Assembly: GCA_021325135.1 (NCBI GenBank)
Contig: JAJPHT010000033.1
Coordinates: forward strand, 15,129 to 79,128
Reading direction: 5' to 3'
DNA from: Pseudomonadota bacterium
GTDB taxonomy: Archaea; Thermoplasmatota; SW-10-69-26; JACQPN01; JAJPHT01
DNA: 64,000 bases
In this document: one piece after another, positions 54,649 to 64,000 of the stretch
Numbering within the stretch: the stretch's first letter is position 1
How the letters are laid out: each line of letters begins with the position of its first letter
Translations under genes and position numbers: made by a program
The notes under the pieces: generated by a model
What the model was told of the DNA's origin: nothing
The model's input: the letters and a program-made list of their open reading frames with translations, nothing else
Databases searched by the model: none

Positions 54649-55251
54649 CTATCGCCTCGCGCTGCGCCCCAGGTGCGCCGCCAGCGCGTCGAGGGTCCGC
54701 GCACGGGCGGCGAGGGGCGCCTCGGAGGCGAGCACGAGGAGGGAGCCGCCCACCTCGCGCACGACCGCGGGGGCGGAGCGGATGCGCTCCTCGCCGAGGC
54801 GTTGCACGTGCGCGGGCCCCAGCAGCATGATGGGCCACGCGAGCTTGCGCGGGTCGGCGTTGGCGTTCTCGCGGAGGTGGTGCTCCGTGTCGGCGAACGC
54901 GAAGGAGAGGGGCAGCGCGTCCCCCATGGCCGCGAGGTAGTCCCCCAGCCAGAGGGCCTCGGCGGGGTCGTCGAAGGGGAGCGCGCAGACGAGATGCAGC
55001 CAGGAGGCGGGCGCCACGCCGCGCAGCTTCACGGCGGAGGCCTGGAGCGAGAGGCTCACGCGCACGAGGCGGCCGCCGGGGCCGGGCACGTCCCACGCGT
55101 AGGCCTGCGCCCAGCCGCTTGCCTCGGCGGCGTCGGCCCAGCGCGCGCGGTCGGCGGCTGTTACCGCCGCGCCGCGGCCCTGATATCGCGCGGGCCCGCA
55201 GCGCTCGAAGAGGCGCAGCGCGCGCTCCCGGTCCAGCCCGCCGTGCTCCAC
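54649..55251 (-). CDS. Hypothetical protein, immunity-protein-like C-terminus
   Basis: WPIMLLGPAHVQRLGEERIRSAPAVVREVGGSLLV; start uncertain. Confidence 0.5.
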   Translation of the reverse strand: MEHGGLDRERALRLFERCGPARYQGRGAAVTAADRARWADAAEASGWAQAYAWDVPGPGGRLVRVSLSLQASAVKLRGVAPASWLHLVCALPFDDPAEALWLGDYLAAMGDALPLSFAFADTEHHLRENANADPRKLAWPIMLLGPAHVQRLGEERIRSAPAVVREVGGSLLVLASEAPLAARARTLDALAAHLGRSARR

Positions 55252-55353
55252 GAGGACGTGAGTGCCGCGGCCCGCCACGGCCGCCGCAAGGCGGGCCTCC
55301 CGTAAGGACCCCTCGGGAACCCTTTTCCGGCGCGGCGGCCCTGGTCGGCCCCC

Positions 55354-56091
55354 ATGTGCCGCATGCTCGGCGTCGTGGCCCCCGGCGGCGTGCCCGCCGA
55401 CCTCTTCTCCCGCTTCCGCGGGCAGGCCTCGGAGGGGCGCGTGGGGAAGGGCATGGCGCCGGGCCACCGCGACGGCTGGGGGATCGTGCGCTATCAAAAC
55501 GGCGAGCCCTCCTACGCGGGCCGCTCCGCGCAGGACGCCGCGGCGGACCCCGAGTACCTTCGCGCGCTGGGGGCGCTGCGGGACGCGCGCGGCGTCGCGC
55601 TGGGGCACCTGCGCAAGGCCAGCGCGGGGGCGAGGGACGTCGCCAACAGCCACCCGTTCGTGGAGGGGCGCTGGGCGTTCTGCCACAACGGCACCGTCTG
55701 GGGCGTCGCGCCGCCGGGGGAGAGCGACTCTCGCGCCCTGTTCGCGCGGCTGCTCGCGTCGCTGCGGGCGGGCGCGGAGCCGGAGGCCGCGCTGGAGGCG
55801 TTGGCGCGGGAGGTGGACGCCTCGTGCCGCTACACGTCGCTCACGTGCCTGCTCACCGACGGGCGCGGCCTCTGGGGTCTGCGCAAGGTGGGCAACGACC
55901 CCGTCGCGTGCGCGGACGACGCTTGCCCCGCGGAGTATTACACGCTGGGCGTCGCGCGCGTCGGCGGCGCGACGGTGGTAAGCCAGGAGCACGAGTTCCT
56001 GGGGCTGGGCGGCGCCGCGTGGGCCGCGGTGCCCGACGGGGGCATCGTCTCGGTGGACGCCTCGGGCGCCTTCCACGTCAAGGGGCCCTGA
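55354..56091 (+). CDS. Class II glutamine amidotransferase (YafJ/EgtC-like)
   Basis: N-terminal MCRMLG, HRDGWG, HLRKAS, NSHPF, HNG, SDS. Confidence 0.9.
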   Translation: MCRMLGVVAPGGVPADLFSRFRGQASEGRVGKGMAPGHRDGWGIVRYQNGEPSYAGRSAQDAAADPEYLRALGALRDARGVALGHLRKASAGARDVANSHPFVEGRWAFCHNGTVWGVAPPGESDSRALFARLLASLRAGAEPEAALEALAREVDASCRYTSLTCLLTDGRGLWGLRKVGNDPVACADDACPAEYYTLGVARVGGATVVSQEHEFLGLGGAAWAAVPDGGIVSVDASGAFHVKGP

Positions 56092-56131
56092 GGGCGAAGC
56101 GCTCAAGACCGATGCCGCGCCATGGGCCGCC

Positions 56132-57052
56132 GTGACCTCCTGCCGCTGCGGCGCCCCCGCCGTGCACCACGCGCGCTACAGCGGCGAGCACCTCTGCGCC
56201 ACGCACTTCCAGGAAAGCGTCGAGCGGCGCGTGCGGCGCGAGCTTCGCCAGCAGGGGCCCTTCAAGCGGGACGTCTCCATTGCGGTCGCGCTCTCGGGGG
56301 GCAAGGACAGCGTCGTCGCGCTGCGGCTGGTCCACGAGACGTTCCGCGACAACCCCCTCGTCCGCGTGAGCGCGCTCACGGTGGACGAGGGCATCGCGGG
56401 CTACCGGCCCCCGTCCATGGAGATCGCCGCGGCCCACTGCCGGGAGATCGGCGTCGAGCACCTGGTCCTCTCCTACGAGGAGACGGCGGGGCTCACCATG
56501 GACCGCGTCGCGGCGGACCCGCGGCGGCAGCACCTTCCGTGCGCGTACTGCGGCGTGCTGCGGCGGCGCAACCTCAACGAGGGGGCGAAGCGCCTCCGCG
56601 CCACGCACCTCGCGACGGGGCACAACCTGGACGACACGGCGCAGACCATCCTCATGAACCACCTGCGCGGCGACGTGGACCGCCTGGGCCGCATGGGGCC
56701 GCACCGGCCCGAGCACGTGCAGCCGGGGCTCGTGCCGCGCATCCTGCCGCTGCGCTCCATCCCCGAGAAGGAGGTCGCGCTCTACGCGATCCTGCGCGGG
56801 TGGGCGTTCCACGACGGCGAGTGCCCCTACAGCCTCGACGCCACGCGGGGCCGCTACCGCGACCTGCTGCTGGACCTGGAGGAGAAGGAGCCCGGGACGC
56901 GCCACGCGCTCCTCGCGGGGTACGACCGCCTCCAGCCGCTCCTCTCGGGGGGCGCGAAGATCGGCGCGTGCGGCAAGTGCGGCGAGCCCACCAGCGGCCC
57001 GGTCTGCCGCGCGTGCCAGCTGGTGGCCGAGGTGGGCGGCGCGCTGCGCTGA
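56132..57052 (+). CDS. tRNA 2-thiolation protein (TtuA/Ncs6, TIGR00269 family)
   Basis: Zn fingers at both ends, PP-loop SGGKDS, CAYCGVLRR, TGHNLDD, CPY. Confidence 0.92.
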   Translation: MTSCRCGAPAVHHARYSGEHLCATHFQESVERRVRRELRQQGPFKRDVSIAVALSGGKDSVVALRLVHETFRDNPLVRVSALTVDEGIAGYRPPSMEIAAAHCREIGVEHLVLSYEETAGLTMDRVAADPRRQHLPCAYCGVLRRRNLNEGAKRLRATHLATGHNLDDTAQTILMNHLRGDVDRLGRMGPHRPEHVQPGLVPRILPLRSIPEKEVALYAILRGWAFHDGECPYSLDATRGRYRDLLLDLEEKEPGTRHALLAGYDRLQPLLSGGAKIGACGKCGEPTSGPVCRACQLVAEVGGALR

Positions 57053-57128
57053 CGCGAACAGGGTCCCACGAGGCATCAGAAACCGTCCGCCGGGAATCCT
57101 TCTAATAGGGCCCGCCCCTCCGGCTCCC

Positions 57129-58340
57129 GTGCCGCGCGCTCCCCGGAGGATCCTCGCCGTCGTGGCCGCGCTCGCGCTCCTGGCGCCCTGGGCCTTCGCC
57201 GCCGCGCCGCCCGACCCGTGCGCGCCCCTCGTGGGCGGCGTCCAGCCGTGCGCGCCCCCCGAGGAGCGCGCGCACGACGAGGAGGTCCGCCAGCAGGTGG
57301 ACGAGCACGCGGACGCCGCGCTGCGCGTCGACGCCGCCATGGCCACCGCGCAGTTCGACTTCCACGCGCCGGCGCTCATCTTCGACTCGCAGGCGGAGGG
57401 CGCCTCCTGCACGACGTGGCGCTTCACCGGCGACCCCGAGGGCTCGCTCGCCCTCCGCATGACCCAGGGCAACGGCCTCTCGGGGGAGGCGCTCGTCTCG
57501 GGCGGCGCCGCCGAGAGCCAAGGCACGGTGGCGCGCGAGCGGTGGACCGACGTGCGCGCCTTCGGCGTGATCCTCGCGGAGTCTGCCCACGAGCGCTCGG
57601 ACCCGGCCCCTTCGGACCCCATGGACGCCTACTCCTTCAACGCCTCGCCCAGCGCGACGTGGGCCCTCAACGCCTCGGGCCTCACGGGCGACTTCACGCG
57701 CTGCACGACCTCCCAGGGGGGCCTCGCCACCGAGCATTTCACCTACGCGGCCCTCCCGGACGACGTCGCGGCGGAGACGCCCAGCTTCTCGGGCTCCGGG
57801 ATCGCGGCGTCCGCGCGCGTCTCGTTCAACGGCGCCATCGACCACCCGACGTCGCGCCCCCTCACGGCCGCGCTCGTGGCGCCCGCCGCGCCCGAGGCGT
57901 TCGTCCTCGCGCGGGGCGGCCTCGTCGTCGTCCACGCGGAGTACGCGGACGGCCTGGCCTCGACGAAGGTGGGGTTCACGCAGCTGGCCGGGCGCGACGG
58001 GGGCCCTTCGCACCGCTTCGAGGCGGGCGCGACCTGCACCGAGTGGGACGGCGACTTCACGGAGGTGCTCGTGGAGGCCACGACGAAGGCGCGCGCGGGC
58101 AACGCAAGCCTCGCGGTGACGGGCTTCGACGCCGCGACGCCGGGCGCCTTCGCGCTCCGCGACGCGCCCGGCTTCACCGCGGACCTCCAGGGGCCGCCGG
58201 GAGGCATCCGCGGCTCGCTCCTCGTGTGCGACAACCCCTCGGGGCCCGGGAGCGCGACGTTCACCGGGACCGTCCACGCGCTGGCGCCCGCGCCGGCGGG
58301 GCTCGTGGTCGTGCGCGTCACGCCGGAGGGGTCGCCGTGA
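57129..58340 (+). CDS. Secreted hypothetical protein
   Basis: Signal peptide, GC3 bias. Confidence 0.7.
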   Translation: MPRAPRRILAVVAALALLAPWAFAAAPPDPCAPLVGGVQPCAPPEERAHDEEVRQQVDEHADAALRVDAAMATAQFDFHAPALIFDSQAEGASCTTWRFTGDPEGSLALRMTQGNGLSGEALVSGGAAESQGTVARERWTDVRAFGVILAESAHERSDPAPSDPMDAYSFNASPSATWALNASGLTGDFTRCTTSQGGLATEHFTYAALPDDVAAETPSFSGSGIAASARVSFNGAIDHPTSRPLTAALVAPAAPEAFVLARGGLVVVHAEYADGLASTKVGFTQLAGRDGGPSHRFEAGATCTEWDGDFTEVLVEATTKARAGNASLAVTGFDAATPGAFALRDAPGFTADLQGPPGGIRGSLLVCDNPSGPGSATFTGTVHALAPAPAGLVVVRVTPEGSP

Positions 58341-60115
58341 AGGCCGCGCTTGCCCTCGCGCTCCTCCTCGCGGCCCCCCTCCCCGCCAGCGCGGTCCATG
58401 GCCTGCCGCCCGGGGCGATGCTCGCGCAGGTGGCGGCGCTGGGCGGCATCCGCGCCCAGGACGAGCCCGCTCCCGGTGATATCACGCTGCGCGCCGCGAT
58501 CCTCGACCTCTACGCGCTGGAGGGCGCGCAGCCGACGCCCCGCGGGCTCCTCGGCCTGGACGCCTCGCTGGCGAAGGTCCCCGCGTCGATCCAGGAGCCC
58601 GCGGCGCGCATCCTCGCGGCCATGAACGAGGCCGCGCGCCTGCGGAACGAGGCGTTCGCCCGCGTCGGCGTGGACGACGCGCGCTTCGCCCGAGACGCCA
58701 CCCTCTCCGGCGCGCCCCTTTCAGCCCGGGACGAGGCGCGGCTCGCGGACGTCCTCTCGCGCCTCGACGAGGCGAAGATGGTGGGCGCCGCGCGGCTCGT
58801 GCTTGACGCCGTGGACGCGGCGCGCGTCGACCTCAAGGCGGCCGTCGAGCGCGGCGACGCGGCGGGCGTCTCCTTCGTGGACCCGTTGCGCTCGGTGGAG
58901 ATCGCAGGGACAGGGAACGACGTGCACGCCGAGGACCGCACGCTCCTCATCGACCTGGGCGGCGACGACGACTGGCAGGACAACGCGGGCGCGGCCATGC
59001 CCGACTTCGTCATCCAGGCGTTCCCCGGCTGCGTCACCACGGGCGCCCTGGACTGCACGCCCCTCTCGCCCGACCGCAACGGGCCCTCCACTGGGGCGCT
59101 CCTGGGGCGCGCGTGCTCCGCGGACGCGACCCAAGCGCCCTTCCTCGCCGAGGCCTACGGCCAGGACGTGGGCGATGAGCTGGCCTCGCAGGAGACGCAG
59201 GCGAGCCTCCCCGAGGCGGAGCGCTTCGTCGCGGACCCGGGCGCGCCCACGCAGCAGCGCGCCGCGCAGCTTGCCGCGTCGCCCGCGCCGGACGCCGGGT
59301 GCCTCCCCCAGGGGCCGGGCGACGCGCCGGCGTGGGCGTCGGACTTCTACACCCGCGGCATCCTCACCGACGGCGACGAGCACGTCGTCGCGGTGGGGCT
59401 CGACCTCTCGGGGAACGACCGCTTCGCGCCGCCCAAGGGGTTCACCGGCGTCAACGACGGGGGCAACGCGGCGGGGTGCGACACGCGCGCCATGGGCGAT
59501 GCGGGCGAGACGTGGACGCGCAACCTCACCGCGGGGGCCGCGTTCGCGGGCATCGGCGTCCTGTGGGACGACGGGGGCGATGACTTCTACGGGGGCCGCA
59601 GCCTCACGCAGGGCGTGGGGCACGTGGGCGGCGTGGGCGTCCTCGTGGACGCGGGCGGCGACGACCGCTACTCGGGCGTGCGGCTCGCGCAGGGGGCCGG
59701 CATCTTCGGCTCCGTGGGGCTGCTGGACGACGAAGGCGGGAACGACGTCTACGCCCTGGAGAACGACGCGCCCTTCTTCAACGAGTTCGAGGCGTTCGTG
59801 GGGTGCGACGTCTCGACGCGCGACGGGCAGGGGCGCTCGAACTTCGACGCCGTGGGCGCGCTGGTGGACGCGGCCGGCGACGATCGATATCAGGTCCAGG
59901 CCCACGGGGCGGGCGTGCCCGGCGCCAGCCGCGACGACCCCGCGACGACGCAGGGCTCCACCGGCGCGCGCCTCAACCTGGGCCCCAGCCCCGCCAACGA
60001 GGCCGCCGCGCTGGGCGTCGGGCTCCTCTGGGACATGGGGGGCCACGACGCGTACTCGCGTCCCGGGCGCGCCGACGACGCGACCGACCCCGCGGGGACC
60101 TTCGTCGACCAGTAG
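58337..60115 (+). CDS. Secreted protein with DxGGxDxY glycine-rich repeats
   Basis: Signal peptide; DLGGDDDW, DDGGDDFY, DAGGDDRY, DEGGNDVY, DMGGHDAY. Confidence 0.75.
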   Translation: MKAALALALLLAAPLPASAVHGLPPGAMLAQVAALGGIRAQDEPAPGDITLRAAILDLYALEGAQPTPRGLLGLDASLAKVPASIQEPAARILAAMNEAARLRNEAFARVGVDDARFARDATLSGAPLSARDEARLADVLSRLDEAKMVGAARLVLDAVDAARVDLKAAVERGDAAGVSFVDPLRSVEIAGTGNDVHAEDRTLLIDLGGDDDWQDNAGAAMPDFVIQAFPGCVTTGALDCTPLSPDRNGPSTGALLGRACSADATQAPFLAEAYGQDVGDELASQETQASLPEAERFVADPGAPTQQRAAQLAASPAPDAGCLPQGPGDAPAWASDFYTRGILTDGDEHVVAVGLDLSGNDRFAPPKGFTGVNDGGNAAGCDTRAMGDAGETWTRNLTAGAAFAGIGVLWDDGGDDFYGGRSLTQGVGHVGGVGVLVDAGGDDRYSGVRLAQGAGIFGSVGLLDDEGGNDVYALENDAPFFNEFEAFVGCDVSTRDGQGRSNFDAVGALVDAAGDDRYQVQAHGAGVPGASRDDPATTQGSTGARLNLGPSPANEAAALGVGLLWDMGGHDAYSRPGRADDATDPAGTFVDQ

Positions 60116-60136
60116 GCTCATGAGCGCCCCCGCCCG

Positions 60137-60793
60137 GTGCCCCGCGTGGCGTTGAAGCTCGTTTCCTTCGACCTGGACGGCACGCTCATCCACCCCGCGA
60201 TCTTCAACGCCGTCGCGGACGCCCTGGGCTTCGGCGAGAAGCTGGAGGAGACGACGCGCGCCTACTTCGAGGGGCGCATGAGCGCCGACGAGACGTTCCA
60301 CGCGGACTACAAGCACTTCGTGGGCCGCGAGGTGGCGCCCATGCGCGAGGCGCTGCGCGCGAGCGACCGGTGGACGCCCGGCCTCGCGGAGGCCATCGGG
60401 CGCCTCCACGACGCGGGGCTCCACGTCGTCGTCACCACCGACCAGCCCGACTGGCTCGCCGCCGCGACGCAGGAGCTCTTCGGCGTCGACGGGCTCGTGT
60501 GCAGCCACGGCGACCTGCGCCACGGCCGCGTCGCGGGGACCTACCGGCTGGAGCACGACAAGTGGGCCAACCTGGAACGATATCTTTCCGCGCGCGGCGT
60601 CGCCCCCAGCGAGGCGTGCCACGTGGGCAACGGGCGCAACGACGTGCCCGTCTTCCGGCGCGTGGGGTGGAGCCTCGCCGTCTGGCCCATGCACGACGAC
60701 GTGCGCCGCGGCGCAGCCGAGACGCTGGAGAAGCCCCGCGACGCGGACGAGATCGTGGAGCGCATCCTCGCGGCGGCCAAGCGGATGCGCTGA
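60137..60793 (+). CDS. HAD-superfamily hydrolase (phosphoserine phosphatase-like)
   Basis: FDLDGTL, K, VGNGRND. Confidence 0.88.
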   Translation: MPRVALKLVSFDLDGTLIHPAIFNAVADALGFGEKLEETTRAYFEGRMSADETFHADYKHFVGREVAPMREALRASDRWTPGLAEAIGRLHDAGLHVVVTTDQPDWLAAATQELFGVDGLVCSHGDLRHGRVAGTYRLEHDKWANLERYLSARGVAPSEACHVGNGRNDVPVFRRVGWSLAVWPMHDDVRRGAAETLEKPRDADEIVERILAAAKRMR

Positions 60794-60795
60794 GC

Positions 60796-62037
60796 CTACG
60801 ACGGCCTGCGCACGACCATCCGCTCCGAGAGAAGGTAGACGCAGTAGCCAGCGTCGCCGGGAAGCGTCGCCCCTCCGCAGCCGAACTCACGTGCGGGGTA
60901 CGCGATGCGGGCGAGCCCTTGGGCATCGTGGCGGACCGAGAGCGAGCCCACGGCGCCTCCGGGCGGCGCGGGAGGGTCTCCCACCGGGCCCCCGGCGACG
61001 AAGGAGCCCCCTGGGTCGTAGCGGGCCACGCTCACGACCCACGTCTTCTGGATCGACTCGTTCTGGACGGCGACCGTGAGGCCGCCGTCCTGGCGCGCGT
61101 CCACCGCCAAGGCGGGGGGCGATCCCAGCGTGACGTTCTGGAAGGCGGGGACGATGGCGGGGCTCCACGACGCGCCCAGGTCGTCGGACTGAAGGAGAAG
61201 GACATCCGTGCCGTTGTCGCGCCGGACGGGGACCGGAAGCGAGAGGCGCCCCTGCGCATCGCCCGCGATCTCGGGGACGAAGCCGGCCACCGCGGCCCCC
61301 GGCAGGTCGATGGGCTTCTCGTTCCAGATGCCCAGCCCCGAGAGGACGTGGAGCCGCAGGCCCGGGCTCGCGCCGTCGAGGCGGACCGCGACCGCGACCG
61401 AGCCGCTCGCCTCCACCGGTCCGCCTGCGCGACCGGTGGCGAGGATCGTGGGCGCCACCAGCGTGTCCTCGGTCCACGTCTGGCCCCCGTCCTGCGACCG
61501 GGACGCGAAGAGAGCGTAGGGGCCAGAGACGGACTCGGAGGTGACGAGCAGCGCATCGCGCGTCGCAAGGAGGCGCGGGTGGTCGCGCACGGGTGCGCCC
61601 ACGCGCGAGGCGGTGGCGACGACCCACGAGGCGCCCCCGTCTCGCGAGACGGCGACGACGATCCCTCCGGCCGACGCGTAGGCGACGTAGAGGCTCCCCT
61701 GCGGCCCCGCGGCCACGTCGCAGCCCGACGCGGGTGGCACGCCCAGGATGGACACCGAGGTCCAGTTGCGGCCGTCGCGGGAGATCCAAGTGGGCGAAGG
61801 CCCCTTCATCCCGCCATTGCCGCAGGCCAGGAGCACGCCCGAGGGCGAGGTCGCCAGATGCGCCTCGCCCTCCCCGCCGGCGCCCACGAGGACGACCTCT
61901 GCTGCGTGGGGAATGATGCCGTGGAGGGTCTCTCCCACGGAGCCTTCCGGGCTGGTGACCGGCGTGGGCGCCGCGCAGCCGGGCAGCGCGAGCAGCAGGA
62001 GCAGGACGAGGACGTCACGGGCTCGCAGGGCGGCCAC
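60796..62037 (-). CDS. Lipoprotein with BNR/Asp-box repeats
   Basis: Lipobox LPGC; SRDGRNW, SRDGGASW, SQDGGQTW, SDDLGASW. Confidence 0.8.
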   Translation of the reverse strand: MAALRARDVLVLLLLLALPGCAAPTPVTSPEGSVGETLHGIIPHAAEVVLVGAGGEGEAHLATSPSGVLLACGNGGMKGPSPTWISRDGRNWTSVSILGVPPASGCDVAAGPQGSLYVAYASAGGIVVAVSRDGGASWVVATASRVGAPVRDHPRLLATRDALLVTSESVSGPYALFASRSQDGGQTWTEDTLVAPTILATGRAGGPVEASGSVAVAVRLDGASPGLRLHVLSGLGIWNEKPIDLPGAAVAGFVPEIAGDAQGRLSLPVPVRRDNGTDVLLLQSDDLGASWSPAIVPAFQNVTLGSPPALAVDARQDGGLTVAVQNESIQKTWVVSVARYDPGGSFVAGGPVGDPPAPPGGAVGSLSVRHDAQGLARIAYPAREFGCGGATLPGDAGYCVYLLSERMVVRRPS

Positions 62038-62533
62038 GCCGGCTCACCTTCCTGACCAGGCGGACGAGAAGGACGAGGGCGACGCCGAGCAGCGCCATGA
62101 CGAGGACCGGGCGCAGCAGGCTGCGCAGCTGGCCCGCCAGGTGGAGGAGGTCCAGGAGGCCGTCCACCAGGGAGCCGAGGCTTCCCAGGAGGCCCGCCAG
62201 CGCGGCGAGGGGGGCCGTGAGCGCCTGGACGGCCAAGGTGAGGGCGGCGATGCTGGCGATGAGCGTCTGGATGGAGGCGTCGAGCCGGCTCACCGAGCCT
62301 TGCAGCGCGTCCTGCGTGGAGGGCACGGGCGCCGGGTCGTAGGAGCCAGCCTGCGTGGCCTCGAAGCTGCCCACGGGGGTGGGCGCCTTCTCCGGAGGAT
62401 GCGCGGGCTCCTCCTGGGACGGGGAGAAGGCCGCATAGAGCGACGCGACGACAAGGGCGACGACGAGGACCAGGGGCACAATCCACAACGCGCGCCGCCA
62501 CGCGGGCTTCCGGGGCGAGGGGGGACCGGCCAT
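62015..62533 (-). CDS. Hypothetical membrane protein
   Basis: N- and C-terminal TM segments with an amphipathic middle. Confidence 0.55.
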   Translation of the reverse strand: MAGPPSPRKPAWRRALWIVPLVLVVALVVASLYAAFSPSQEEPAHPPEKAPTPVGSFEATQAGSYDPAPVPSTQDALQGSVSRLDASIQTLIASIAALTLAVQALTAPLAALAGLLGSLGSLVDGLLDLLHLAGQLRSLLRPVLVMALLGVALVLLVRLVRKVSRRGRPASP

Positions 62534-62893
62534 GCGCGCGCAGCGGACCTGGTGCCGGAAATAACCGCCAGGAGGCGACCTCTAACAACGGAAGGGCGGA
62601 GAAAAGTGAGGAGCCGCGCCCGCGTGCATCCCATCCCGTCGTTGATGGGCGCGGCTCCGGCGACCGTGATTCCTTATCGCGTCGAACCGTCCACGCACGT
62701 CGCCTGGTGGCAGGGGGTGTTGTCCCGGCCTGTCAGGGTTGAGGGCCTCGGGTGTGAGGCGCTCTCCAGCCGCTCGTGCATTCCATCCCTTGTTGTTCGC
62801 GGCTTGGTGGCGTGTTCGGATCCCTTCGATTCGGCATCCCCGTCGCGCTGGCAACCGTTGCCTGTTGCCTGCTCCCGCCCGCAGCGGGAGCAT

Positions 62894-63140
62894 GGGATGG
62901 GCGAGCACTGAAGCCCGGCCCATCTCGGGGGAGACTGGCTTTCGATGAACGGGGAGAGCAGCGAAGCCCTCTCCCGTCCGGGGGAGACTGGTTTTCAAGG
63001 GGATGGGCGAGCAGCGAAGCCCGGCCCATCTCGGGGGAGACTGGCTTTCGAGGAGACCTCGCCGCCATGACGCGGAGCGGGTCCCGTGGAGACTGGCTTT
63101 CGAGTCCCGCGCCCGGGAGCGAACCGGACGGGCGCAGGCG
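62894..63140. repeat. Tandem array of hairpins separated by conserved GGAGACTGGCTTTCGA linkers
   Basis: Linkers at 62930, 62983, 63036 and 63088 (periods 53, 53, 52). Confidence 0.9.
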
Positions 63141-63157
63141 GAGTGTTCAGGCTCTCG

Positions 63158-64000
63158 TCATCCGACCCACGGGAGGTCGAGGCCCTTGGGGGCCGCGGGC
63201 GATCCCTGGGGCGTGAAGGTGGCCTTGTTGGCCTCCTTGTTGGTGACCGCGCCGATGATCTGCGGGCTGTGGATGCCCGTCATGATGGCCATGACGCGCA
63301 GGCGGCCCTCGAACTCGGGCATGATGCGGGCGCCCCAGATGACGTTGGCGTGGGCGTCCAGCTCGTAGGTCAGGTTCTGCGCCACGGCCTCCGCGGCGCT
63401 GAGGCTCAGGTCCGGCCCGCCGGTCATGTGCACCAGGGCGCCGGTGGCGCCGCGGTAGTCCACGTCGAGGAGCGGGTGGTTGAGGGCCTCGTGCACGACC
63501 TTCTGGGGGTCGCTGCTCTTGCTCTCGCCGTAGAGCATGACGGCGACGCCGCCGCAGCCCATGATGGTGCGGACGTCGGCGTAGTCGAGGTTGATCAGCG
63601 AGGGCTGCGTGATCGTCTCGGAGATGCCCTTGACGGTCTCGGCGATGAGCGTGTCCATGACGCTGAACGCCTGGTCGATGGGCAGGTTCGGGACGTACTT
63701 GAGGAGGCGGTTGTTGTCGAGCACGATGACCGTGTCGGCCTCCTTGCGGAGCTTGTTGAGGCCTTCCTCGCCCTTCACGAGGCGGGCGCGCTCCACGTTG
63801 AAGGGGGTCGAGACCATGCCGATGACGATGGCGCCCTTCTTCTTGGCGGTGCGCGCGACGATGGGCGCCGTGCCGGTGCCGGTGCCGCCGCCCATGCCCG
63901 CGGTGACGAAGACGAGGTCCGCGCCTTCGAGGAGCTCCTCGAGGGCGGGCTGGGCCATCTCGGCGCAGCGCTCGGCCACCTCGGGGTAGCCGCCGGCGCC
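63158..64000 (-). CDS. ftsZ: Cell division protein FtsZ (5' end outside the window)
   Basis: [32 protein letters not shown]. Confidence 0.97.
   Translation of the reverse strand, partial: GAGGYPEVAERCAEMAQPALEELLEGADLVFVTAGMGGGTGTGTAPIVARTAKKKGAIVIGMVSTPFNVERARLVKGEEGLNKLRKEADTVIVLDNNRLLKYVPNLPIDQAFSVMDTLIAETVKGISETITQPSLINLDYADVRTIMGCGGVAVMLYGESKSSDPQKVVHEALNHPLLDVDYRGATGALVHMTGGPDLSLSAAEAVAQNLTYELDAHANVIWGARIMPEFEGRLRVMAIMTGIHSPQIIGAVTNKEANKATFTPQGSPAAPKGLDLPWVG

Noticed and set aside
62582-62998. 138-aa ORF and overlapping ORFs downstream of ftsZ
   Set aside because: They are translations of the repeat array with no codon bias; treated as non-coding.
62894-63103. CRISPR array
   Set aside because: The repeat is only ~16-19 nt, the 'spacers' are self-complementary and two are near-identical, and there are no cas genes in the window. 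Reported as a structured array instead.
1-64000. tRNA, rRNA, transposase, integrase or prophage genes
   Set aside because: No T-loop/anticodon cloverleaf, rRNA signature or recombinase motif was recognised by eye; a tRNAscan/Infernal run would be needed to exclude them fully.

Overview
High-GC (roughly 70%) archaeal chromosomal window. Marker genes (RFC large subunit, DRG/Rbg GTPase, PAC2 proteasome chaperone, archaeal RecJ/GAN-like DHH protein, AbrB-PhoU, TrmB, EarA-like regulator, TIGR00269 thiolase, FtsZ, TATA-like boxes close to start codons) point to an uncultured aerobic heterotroph, probably Thermoplasmatota-related (inference). About 55 CDS cover housekeeping, respiration (cox III-II-I operon, CcmF), amino-acid metabolism and many secreted or lipoproteins. 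I saw no rRNA, tRNA, cas gene, transposase or integrase. Best candidate for a new system (13.6-19.4 kb): a secreted 276-aa protein and a 64-aa secreted Ser/Thr-rich peptide share the motif SPGCKPAC, with only synonymous DNA differences. They sit directly upstream of a polytopic membrane Ser/Thr kinase and a TrmB-PAS regulator, which suggests an archaeal peptide-ligand/receptor-kinase module. Other notable items: a ~53-bp periodic hairpin/conserved-linker array downstream of ftsZ; three copies (direct, inverted, diverged in-frame) of the GTPase 3' end; an A1-type oxidase missing K-channel and Mg-site residues; a circularly permuted CxxC thioredoxin-like protein coupled to ccmF; and several dispersed palindromic repeat families. 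All family assignments come from motifs recognised by eye, not from database searches.
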